A DNA stretch of 46,316 bases from Candidatus Aenigmatarchaeota archaeon. GTDB lineage: Archaea; Aenigmatarchaeota; Aenigmatarchaeia; CG10238-14; SpSt-28. A program made the position numbers and the translations under genes. Below are positions 36,138 to 44,818 of the stretch, in pieces; the first letter of the stretch is position 1; every line of letters begins with the position of its first letter. The stretch covers positions 1-46,316 of the forward strand of contig JAWBMD010000006.1 in the NCBI GenBank assembly GCA_039000985.1. Reading direction: 5' to 3'. A model generated the notes under the pieces. That model was given only the letters and a program-made list of their open reading frames with translations. It made no database searches and was not told the origin of the DNA.

Positions 36138-37650
36138 GGACTTTAAACATTTTCACATAAATTATACTAAATAAAAATATTAGGGAATACAAAATTAATG
36201 AAAGAGAAGCAACAGTTTCATAATCACCATAGTGCATTATAACTTCTATTCTTTGTGGTAGTGTTTGAAATCCTGGTGGAGAAAGAAGTTGAGTAATTCC
36301 AATTTCACCAAAAATGAAAATAAACATTATTACAAATGTGGAAAAAAATGCTTGTTTTAATAGTGGAATTAAAATTTTTCCAATTATTTTTGTTTGACTT
36401 CTAGTAAAAATTATTCCCGCCTCCTCAATAGAGCTAGAAATTTGTGTCATAAATGAGGAAAAAATGAATAAAGAAAATGGTATAAATTTCATTAAATAAC
36501 CCATTATTAAAATTACATGCGTACCATAAATAGGTAATGGTAAATTACTATACATGCTTATTAAAGCGGTTCCTATTATTGGAGAGGATAGTGCGATTGG
36601 AAATGATAGTATTGGAATTATCATTTTGCTGTTTTTAAAAGAATAGGAAGATAAAAATCCAAGAATAGATAGCAATATTGAGCTAATCGTTGTTATTTCA
36701 AGTGAGTAAATTATGCTTTTTGATGATTGAGATAATGCTTGTAAAATTTTAAGCTCGGATTCTTTTAATAAAATAAAAAATGGGATAAAAATAGAAAATA
36801 GTAAAATTAAAAAAATGAAAGCAAATACAACTATTTTCCATTTACCAAGCTCTATAAAATATTTCCATTCTTTTTTAAATGAAGTAATTGCTGTAAAAGA
36901 TTTGTTTTTTAAATACAAACATATTAATAATGTTAAAATCAATGATTGTATAAGTAATGGAATAGAATATACAACAGCTCCTTCAAAGCTATAAAATGCC
37001 GCAAATTGCATGAATATCTCATTTTGATATGTATTTACCATTAAAAATGCTGGAACAGTATATTCAGATAAGGTTAAAAAAAATACAAGAAACATAGAAA
37101 TTATTATATGTGGTTTTATTAATGGCAAAATTATTTTTTGTATTATTTTTATTTTTCTTTTATTTAAAATTATTCCAGCTTCTACATAGCTTGAATCTAA
37201 GCTTCTTATTCCAAGTGAGGTTATTAATAAAGGTATTGGAAAAAATGAAAGCGAAAGAAAAAATATTACACCAGCTTCACTATTTATGTTAAATGGTATT
37301 AGCTTTAATGCTCTATGTTCCAAAACAATCCATGAAAAAGTTGTTATAAAAGCTGGTATTAAAAATGGTAGAAATAATAAGAAAAATAAAATTCTTTTTC
37401 TAGATAAATTAGTACATTCGAATAAAATGGATAGTGATGTTCCAATCATTGTTGAAACTATTGATGTTAAAATTCCTATTATAATGCTTCTAATAAATAT
37501 AGGACCAATTCTTTTTGGAAATTGAGTAAAAAATTCTTTCATTTGGTTTAAAACGATTTTGGATAAAAAAACAGAAAAAAACAAATAAATTATTGGAAGA
37601 AAAATTATGAAAAAAATAATGAAATAAGTTAGTATTTCAACTATTTTCAT
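36127..37650 (-). CDS. Fe3+/thiamine-type ABC transporter permease (FbpB-like, duplicated TM domain)
   Basis: Two EAA-loop repeats (YVEAG..ILPLIKP; IEEAG..LIPLLK). Confidence 0.88.
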   Translation of the reverse strand: MKIVEILTYFIIFFIIFLPIIYLFFSVFLSKIVLNQMKEFFTQFPKRIGPIFIRSIIIGILTSIVSTMIGTSLSILFECTNLSRKRILFFLLFLPFLIPAFITTFSWIVLEHRALKLIPFNINSEAGVIFFLSLSFFPIPLLITSLGIRSLDSSYVEAGIILNKRKIKIIQKIILPLIKPHIIISMFLVFFLTLSEYTVPAFLMVNTYQNEIFMQFAAFYSFEGAVVYSIPLLIQSLILTLLICLYLKNKSFTAITSFKKEWKYFIELGKWKIVVFAFIFLILLFSIFIPFFILLKESELKILQALSQSSKSIIYSLEITTISSILLSILGFLSSYSFKNSKMIIPILSFPIALSSPIIGTALISMYSNLPLPIYGTHVILIMGYLMKFIPFSLFIFSSFMTQISSSIEEAGIIFTRSQTKIIGKILIPLLKQAFFSTFVIMFIFIFGEIGITQLLSPPGFQTLPQRIEVIMHYGDYETVASLSLILYSLIFLFSIIYVKMFKVHEY

Positions 37651-37654
37651 TCAT

Positions 37655-38698
37655 TCACTTTAGGAAAACTTCCTGTATAAATTTTCTAGAATTTTCTATA
37701 TTTTTATAAATTTCTTCAAATGTAACATTTATTGGTTTTATCTTTCTAGCATCTGGAACATTTGGTGGTATTTGGGAACTTGCTTTTAATGGCATTTGTA
37801 GTGCAGTTCTTGCTAATTCTTCTTCAACTTTACTAGTTAAAATGAAATCTATTAGCTTTTTTGCTTCATCTATATTTTTAGCTCCATTTATTAGCATTAT
37901 TGTATTGGGAAAAACTAAATTTCCCATATCATTCGGTCCTTGATCTGGGAAAATCATTTCAACAGGTTTTCCTTCTTTTATTGCATCATATGCATCATCT
38001 GTATCAGTTAAGCCAACCCAACAATCACCAATCACAACTTTATCTCTTACCATGGAATTACTTTCAAGAACTTGAATGCCATTTTCTTTTAGTTTTATTA
38101 GTAGAGATTTAGCACCTTCTTCACCAAGAGAAGCAAATAAAGCTGCCATATGAGTTGATGTAGAACCTAATAAAGGATTCCCCATACATGTTTTTCCTTT
38201 CCAAGCGGGTTTTGCTAAATCAAAGATAGATTTTGGTTCATCTTCTTTTGAAACATAGTTTTTATTATATAATATTACTCTTGCTCTTGCTCCAAAGCCT
38301 GTCCAATAGCAATCTTTATCTTTATAACTTAACTCTATATCAACAGCATTTGGTGAACAATATGGTTGAAGAATTCCATTATCTTTAAGTAATATTGTTC
38401 TTATCATCTCATTATTCCAAAATACATCTGCTTGTGGATTATTTTTTTCAGCTAGCAGTCTATTAACCAAGCCAACAGTTTTAGTAGCTTCTGTATCATA
38501 TAATGCTTCTACTTTTATTCCAGTTACTTTTTCAAACTCTTTTAGTATTGGTTCTGATAGATCTTGATCGTGAGCAACATATACAACTACTTTTTTTTGC
38601 TTTTTAGCTTGAGGGAATAAAGTGATTACTGATATTAATAGGGCAATTACTGCAACTATTGCTATTATAGAGATTATTTGTTTTATTTTTGCTTTCAT
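37655..38698 (-). CDS. Fe3+-type ABC transporter substrate-binding protein
   Basis: N-terminal anchor, VVVY, FEK.TGIKV, EKNNPQADVFW, GLTDTDD. Confidence 0.85.
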   Translation of the reverse strand: MKAKIKQIISIIAIVAVIALLISVITLFPQAKKQKKVVVYVAHDQDLSEPILKEFEKVTGIKVEALYDTEATKTVGLVNRLLAEKNNPQADVFWNNEMIRTILLKDNGILQPYCSPNAVDIELSYKDKDCYWTGFGARARVILYNKNYVSKEDEPKSIFDLAKPAWKGKTCMGNPLLGSTSTHMAALFASLGEEGAKSLLIKLKENGIQVLESNSMVRDKVVIGDCWVGLTDTDDAYDAIKEGKPVEMIFPDQGPNDMGNLVFPNTIMLINGAKNIDEAKKLIDFILTSKVEEELARTALQMPLKASSQIPPNVPDARKIKPINVTFEEIYKNIENSRKFIQEVFLK

Positions 38699-38724
38699 AT
38701 ATATATATAAATTTTAAAAAATTT

Positions 38725-39654
38725 TTAAAAGTTCCAATTTCCATAGCTTTTGAAACTTATATTGTATTTGTTAATTTCGGCTATATAACCAATATCATCA
38801 TAACCAAACTTTATTTTATTAAGACCAATAGTTCTCAATATAAAGTCTTCATATAATTCCTCTTCCATATTTTGTTCAATTTTTTTCTCTACTTTATTTT
38901 TAACTATATCAAAAACCTTCTTTATATGTTTTTCAAAATCTTCATCACATCTTTTTTCAAATTCTTTATCCTTTCTATTTAAATCAAAAACTATTTTGTC
39001 ATTTTCTACTTTTGCATTTCTGTATAATTCAAGAATAAGTTTGCATCTTTCTCCAAGAATTAAATCCAGATAGTTTGAATAGATACTTGCATCATAAACC
39101 ATAATACATTCTGGCTCGCTACAATGTGGAAATAACGTGTGTAAAAATTCATGTATTGCTGTTTTACAAAGATGCTCTTTATCAATTATGTTTTCTTCAG
39201 TAAAAAATACGTATGCAAAGTTTCCAAGATATTTACCATATATCTTATTACAAGAATTAGGTGGAAATATAAGAACTACATAAAATTCCCCCTCATCTAA
39301 TTTTTCTAATGGTATATTTAAACCAATATATTTTTTACTGCTGATAAAGATTTCATAATTTTTGAAAGTTTTCTCTAATAAGCTTTCAAAGCAATTTTTT
39401 ACCTCTTCAATATCTTTATATGTTTCTGGATAAAGAAATCTTATGTTTATTTCTTTTTCTTCTAATAATTTTCTCAAGAATTCTTTAAAATTCTTTCTTG
39501 ACCTTATTCTATTCCATTCTTCCCAACCTTCATAAAGTTTTTTGTATTCAAATGTTTGTAAGTTTTCCAAATAAAGATAATTTTTGATAGCCCATTCCAA
39601 ATACTCTTTTATTTTTATTATTAGTTCTCTTTCTATTTTTATTTTATTATTCAT
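38725..39654 (-). CDS. Zinc metalloprotease, archaemetzincin-like
   Basis: HEFLHTLFPHC...CIM zincin motif with Met-turn. Confidence 0.65.
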   Translation of the reverse strand: MNNKIKIERELIIKIKEYLEWAIKNYLYLENLQTFEYKKLYEGWEEWNRIRSRKNFKEFLRKLLEEKEINIRFLYPETYKDIEEVKNCFESLLEKTFKNYEIFISSKKYIGLNIPLEKLDEGEFYVVLIFPPNSCNKIYGKYLGNFAYVFFTEENIIDKEHLCKTAIHEFLHTLFPHCSEPECIMVYDASIYSNYLDLILGERCKLILELYRNAKVENDKIVFDLNRKDKEFEKRCDEDFEKHIKKVFDIVKNKVEKKIEQNMEEELYEDFILRTIGLNKIKFGYDDIGYIAEINKYNISFKSYGNWNF

Positions 39655-40499
39655 TTTTGTTCGCTTGTATTTGCCTTTTCTTTCTTTTCTTCTTTTTGTT
39701 CCTCTTTTGCTACTCTAGCTAAATTATACATTTCATAATTTTTTACAAAATTTCTATCGTATAGAATTCCTGTAAGCATTGAAGGTATTGTTAAAGTATA
39801 AAGAAAAGCTTTCTTAAGCCAATTACCAAATTTACTTATTCCAACTCCTGCATATTCTTTTCCAGATTTAAGGTATCTTTTCATTCTATTTGTAAAATTA
39901 CTTTCATTTTGGTATTTTTGTCTATATGATAAAAATTCATTTTTCTTTTCATCTAAATAAGCTTTTCTTCTTTTATATTTTTCTATGATTTCATTACTAT
40001 CCAAGTTTTTATAATAATTAGCTAGTTCTTCTAGATCCTTATAGCTAATAAAAATACCTCTTTTTACAAATTTCTTTCTTATATCTTTTTTCTTCTCTTC
40101 ATTATAACTTTCTAAATCTTTTTTTAGTTCTTCATCAATGCTATATTTCTTTCCTGTTACATTTCTTAACTTTTTTTCTACTAATTTATTTTTTATTTCT
40201 TCAATTTCTTTGCCCTTTAAAAAAACATAGTCTTCTATATTTATAGAGTAACTTTCATCTATCATTTTCATAGTATCCTCGAATAATTTTCTTTCCATTT
40301 CTGCTAAATATGGTTCTGGATTTTTATAAGCGTCTTTTACATTACCAGGTAATTTATACCCATATACTTCTAACCCCTCTAATAAATTTTTCATGCTTAT
40401 CCAATCATCCCTCCTTATTCTATCAGCTATTCCACTTACATATTTTTTTATTCTTTCCTTCATTCCATCCGATTTTAGATTATATTTTTTCCCCAACAT
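39651..40499 (-). CDS. Hypothetical protein (helical, possible C-terminal hydrophobic segment)
   Basis: 282-aa ORF overlapping the start of the protease gene by 4 nt. Confidence 0.7.
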   Translation of the reverse strand: MLGKKYNLKSDGMKERIKKYVSGIADRIRRDDWISMKNLLEGLEVYGYKLPGNVKDAYKNPEPYLAEMERKLFEDTMKMIDESYSINIEDYVFLKGKEIEEIKNKLVEKKLRNVTGKKYSIDEELKKDLESYNEEKKKDIRKKFVKRGIFISYKDLEELANYYKNLDSNEIIEKYKRRKAYLDEKKNEFLSYRQKYQNESNFTNRMKRYLKSGKEYAGVGISKFGNWLKKAFLYTLTIPSMLTGILYDRNFVKNYEMYNLARVAKEEQKEEKKEKANTSEQK

Positions 40500-40537
40500 G
40501 TTACCACTAATTAATAATTAAAACTGATATTTAAATA
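40497..40537 (-). promoter_or_regulatory. Upstream element copy 1 (TATA box, palindrome, start context)
   Basis: Minus strand TATTTAAATA...TAATTATTAATTAGTGGTAAC-ATG, nearly identical to the copy at 41058-41101. Confidence 0.55.
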
Positions 40538-40580
40538 TTTTTTCTTTTTTTTGTAAATAAGTGTTTAAAAGTTTTTTACT

Positions 40581-41060
40581 TTATTTAATAAACTTTGAGT
40601 GAAAATAATCAATTAAGTATGGAAATAGAGGGGCAATAGTTAAAGCCATAAGTAAATTAAATGGGTAGGTATTAGGTGATTCAAATGGGTTTCCACCACT
40701 AGGCCATTCATATTTTATAATATCGCAAATGTAATAACCAATATATTGAATTAATGTCCAAATACTTGTTAAACTAACAGAGCCTATAACTCTTCTAATA
40801 TATTTTCTTATGCTTTTGTTAAAGGCTGCTTCTCCTATTATAGCTCCTACACCACCAGGTGCAACTGAGTTAACTATTAACTTTTCTAATAAATTAGAAG
40901 GAATATGAGGTGGTAATGTTTCAATCTCTGGTAAAAATATAGGGTTTCTGGTAATATATCTATATATAGCTGGGGTTCCGTAAATAGTGGCTCCGCCAAT
41001 AAGCCATTTTGCTATTTTCCTTTTTTCTTTTTTTATTCCATTATAGATTTCTCTATACAT
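40581..41060 (-). CDS. Hypothetical membrane protein
   Basis: 159 aa with several hydrophobic Gly/Pro-rich segments. Confidence 0.7.
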   Translation of the reverse strand: MYREIYNGIKKEKRKIAKWLIGGATIYGTPAIYRYITRNPIFLPEIETLPPHIPSNLLEKLIVNSVAPGGVGAIIGEAAFNKSIRKYIRRVIGSVSLTSIWTLIQYIGYYICDIIKYEWPSGGNPFESPNTYPFNLLMALTIAPLFPYLIDYFHSKFIK

Positions 41061-41101
41061 GTTACTACTAATTAATAATTAGTTCTAAAACTATTTAAAT
41101 A
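41058..41101 (-). promoter_or_regulatory. Upstream element copy 2
   Basis: Minus strand TATTTAAATA...ACTAATTATTAATTAGTAGTAAC-ATG; 8-1-8 palindrome at 41067-41083. Confidence 0.55.
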
Positions 41102-41319
41102 AGATCAGATTAGGTCTCTAATGGTACCTATAGAATTATTAAATAATAACCCAAACATGTTCATGGCCAATTCAAGAAGAAATTTATCAGATTTTGCTGC
41201 AAGAACTCTATCTTTTATAAGGGATTTTAATTTTTCTATCTTTAGAAATTTTATGAGCTTTTTCAGCAATAATTGTTATTTTAAATGCTTTTATATTTAA
41301 CTAATTTAAATTACTTTTT

Positions 41320-41748
41320 ATGAATTTTAAAAATTCAAATTCAATTATCATGTCCTTAAGAAATTTAAAATACTCCATATTTTCACTCTCTTTTATTACT
41401 CTTTTTATTTCTTTTTATTTAACTAAACTTTCTTATTCCACTTCGATGTATTGCCCAATATTTAATGGTTGTGATTTAGTTCTAACAAGTAAATACAATA
41501 AAATTTTTGGTATACCCATTTCGGTTTTCGGAATAATTTATTCCTTATTATTGATAATTCTCTTTTATATTAAAAAGACAAAAATTCTTTTACTAATTTC
41601 TCCTATTGGAACAACAATAGCTTTAATTTTACTTTATATTCAATTTTTTATTTTAAAAGCAATTTGTTTTTATTGTACTATCGCAGATATAATTTTCGTT
41701 ATAATTTTTGTGTTACTTTTAATTTATTTTAAAAAATTTGAGCGATAG
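41320..41748 (+). CDS. Vitamin K epoxide reductase (VKOR) family protein
   Basis: Loop cysteines C....GC..VLTSKY..IFGIP and active-site ICFYC in TM4. Confidence 0.9.
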   Translation: MNFKNSNSIIMSLRNLKYSIFSLSFITLFISFYLTKLSYSTSMYCPIFNGCDLVLTSKYNKIFGIPISVFGIIYSLLLIILFYIKKTKILLLISPIGTTIALILLYIQFFILKAICFYCTIADIIFVIIFVLLLIYFKKFER

Positions 41749-42312
41749 TTTGAAATCAAAGAAATTAAATAATATTGAAAAACTAGAGTAAGTATATTTC
41801 TAAATAATTTGTTAATTAATAGAAGAGATGCAGATAAATAATCTATATCAGCAAATAATTTTTTAAAGACTTTAAAGCAAAAAATAATATAAAAACTTTA
41901 AAGTTTTGCTATTAATCTAGAGCATATCAATTTATAATGCCTTGGCCAATATTTGGACAATAAAGGAAAAAATTCTTTATAGAAGAAAAGATCTTAGATT
42001 TCTTAACTTTATTTTCTCCAAATAATTAAATAAGCTTTTTAATTTTTCCAATGTCTTTGATAAAATTATAGCTATTTTATTATTTATTTTTAAATTATAA
42101 GAAGCTATTTTTAATTGTGATCATTATTGGTTTTTACAAATTTTTAAATTTGTTTAAGACAAAAAAAGAAGATATGAGTAGTGGAGAAGGATTTATTTTC
42201 AATTTAAAAATATTTCCTATAAAAACAATGCTTTATCCTTTGTTATTTCTAACACCTTTCTGTATTCAAGCAATTAAGTTCTCAAGGGACACTTTAAATA
42301 CTATTTTTGTAA

Positions 42313-43470
42313 ATGATTAAAAAAACCATAATTTTTATAATAGTAACAGTTATAATTTTATTCGCTTTATTATTTTCATTTCGCCCCTATTTTGAAAAAC
42401 TTTATTTCGAGCCGCAGGAGGGAATAAAGGAAAAAATAGAACAGGGTATTAGTGATTTAGAAGATAAAGAAGTTTACGATATTGTTTTTGAGAATTTAGA
42501 AATACCTTGGAGTATTTTATTCATTAATGATAATGAGATTATAATTACCGAAAGAATAGGCAAAGTTAAAATTTTAAATATTAAAGATAAAAAACTGATT
42601 CAAGAGTTTATAATCGGAGAAGTAAAAAGTATTGGTGAAGGAGGGCTTTTGGGGGCAACTTTGCACCCCAATTTCTCTAAGAACAATTTTGTTTATTTTT
42701 ATTACACAACAGAAAAAGATGGGAGTTTAATAAACAAAGTTGAAAGATATGTTTTAAGATTAGAAGATGGAAAATATGAACTTAAAAAGGACAAAATAAT
42801 TGTTGACAATATTCCGGCAGCAAATATTCATAACGGTGGAAGAATAAAGTTTGGTCCAGACGGTTATTTATATATCACTACTGGCGATGCTGGTAATTCC
42901 CAAAACTCACAAAATATAAATTCTTTGGCAGGAAAGATCTTGAGGGTAAAAGATGACGGAAGTTTTCCAGAAGATAATCCTTTCAAAAGCTTAGTTTATG
43001 CTTACGGAATTAGAAATTCTCAAGGAATAGTTTGGGATAATCGGGGTAATCTTTGGTCAATTGATCACGGAAGATCTGGATTTAAATCTGGCTTAGATGA
43101 GATTAATTTAATTGAAAAGGGTAAAAACTACGGTTGGCCAATAATTGAGGGGGATGAAACAAAAGAAGGAATGGAAAAACCAATCATTCATTCAGGTGAA
43201 GATATAACTTGGGCACCCGCAGATTTAATTTACTATAACGGAAGTCTATTTTTTACTGGGCTTCGAGGCCAAGGTTTGTACCAATATAATATTGAAACAA
43301 ACCAATTAACTGTACATTTCTTTAAAAAGTTCGGTAGATTAAGAGCAATAACTTTGGGTCTCGATGAAAATTTCTATATTTCCACTTCAAATAGAGATGG
43401 TAGAGGCGATCCTAAAGAAGGAGATGATAAAATAATAAAAGTTAATCCTATTAAGCTTTTTGAAAAATAA
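42313..43470 (+). CDS. PQQ-dependent aldose/sorbosone dehydrogenase (beta-propeller), membrane anchored
   Basis: LEIPW, TER.G, GEGGLLG..LHP.F, HNGGRIKFGPDG.LY.TTGD, GKILR, G.RN.QG, NYGWP, GRLR. Confidence 0.92.
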   Translation: MIKKTIIFIIVTVIILFALLFSFRPYFEKLYFEPQEGIKEKIEQGISDLEDKEVYDIVFENLEIPWSILFINDNEIIITERIGKVKILNIKDKKLIQEFIIGEVKSIGEGGLLGATLHPNFSKNNFVYFYYTTEKDGSLINKVERYVLRLEDGKYELKKDKIIVDNIPAANIHNGGRIKFGPDGYLYITTGDAGNSQNSQNINSLAGKILRVKDDGSFPEDNPFKSLVYAYGIRNSQGIVWDNRGNLWSIDHGRSGFKSGLDEINLIEKGKNYGWPIIEGDETKEGMEKPIIHSGEDITWAPADLIYYNGSLFFTGLRGQGLYQYNIETNQLTVHFFKKFGRLRAITLGLDENFYISTSNRDGRGDPKEGDDKIIKVNPIKLFEK

Positions 43471-43749
43471 ATATAAATAAAAAACTAGTCTCGAATTTTT
43501 AAAGATAAAATAAGTGACAAATATTTTTCTCAATTACTTTAGTGGGAAGCAAAAATAGTATGGCAAAACAATCTGTTTATTTTGAGAGAAAATTATAATT
43601 TTCAAATCATCTTTAATAATTAAAAAACACGTTGTATTTTTGAATATTTGAATTAATTTTCAATTATTCCGATGTGTATTATTTTTATTGAAAGGTATTT
43701 TCTTCTCATAACCTTTGCTACCAGTTTTATAATAATATATTCTTTTTGA

Positions 43750-44560
43750 CAAGCTATTATTAGATGGTGTTCTGATGTCAAAATTTTCATCAATTCTGGA
43801 ATAGCTTTAGGTCCATTTAGAACCAGCAAAAAGAAGAATTCAAAGCTTTAGATATTTAGATATATTAAAGATTGTGAAATTTTTATTGTTACCCATTATC
43901 ATTATAGTCATCATCCTTTCCTGGATGATAACGAAATTTATTCTTTATTTAACGATAAAGTTGTTTTGACTAAAGATATTTATCCCTCTGGAAAAAGTAG
44001 AGGTAAATTATTCTATGAAAAAGTTAAAAATTAAGATAGGAGGTAATTTTCTCTGGTGAAAAAAACTTTAAAATTTAATAATATTTTAATAAAGTTTTCA
44101 AAAGGACTTTGGTATTGAGAAATAAATAGCAAAGTTGGAAAAGTTTAATGCTTTCTATTAAGATTCCTCTTTGGAACTGATGCATAAAGTTTACCAAATA
44201 AAGATGCTTTAAGTTTTGCAATAAAAGAAAATCCAGATTTTGTAATAATGGATTGTTTCCCAACTTTTATTTTTAGGATATAAGATGAGTAAAAAATCAT
44301 TTCTAGATTCGAAAAATAACCTAATAGAATTTTTGGAAAAGACAAAAGTTAAAAAAGTAATACTTGATCATCATATTGGTAGAGATATTTACTATAAAGA
44401 AAAAATTTTTGATGTTATAAAAGTTAGAAAATTTTTAGTGCAGCAGAATATTGTGGCTCGGAGGAAGCATTTGTATGATAGAAGTATTAAAGTTGGTATA
44501 AGAGATTACTTAATAGAATTATTTAAAAAGGTAGAAAAGCTTAAGCTACAGGATTTTTAG
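43750..44560 (+). pseudogene. UPF0282-like metallo-beta-lactamase-fold hydrolase pseudogene
   Basis: Fragments DVKIFINSGIALGP, IVTHYHYSHH, FLFGTDA*, ENPDFVIMD.FPT, VILDHHIGRD, broken by stops and frameshifts; boundaries approximate. Confidence 0.7.
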
Positions 44561-44818
44561 GAATTTTATTGAAATTTTTATCATCTGTGATTTATTGATT
44601 TTTATAAAAGAGCTAGGTTTTTTCTAATTTTATTAAAAAGTCAGGAGAGTGCAAAAAACTCCAAGTATATTTTCAAGAGAATATTAGTTATAAATTTTTT
44701 CTTTATTACTAATTATATTTTGGTATGATATCTAAAAACTTTCACTCGGATTTAAATGAAAAACATACTTTTTATAAATTAAAAGCTAAGGATTATATAA
44801 TAGAGAGATTTGTGAAGT

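Noticed and set aside
2674-40510. Numerous short opposite-strand ORFs rich in F/S/L/I (e.g. 5289, 8254, 25175, 29412, 29793, 35884, 37286)
   Set aside because: Antisense shadows of K/E-rich genes in AT-rich DNA; no motifs
41892-41907. Palindrome AAAACTTTAAAGTTTT
   Set aside because: Low-complexity AT-rich sequence, not positioned at a start codon; plausible by chance
41100-42320. Possible gene remnants at 41100-41280 and 41750-42310, including ORF 42117..42320
   Set aside because: Look like decayed DNA but no family could be recognised
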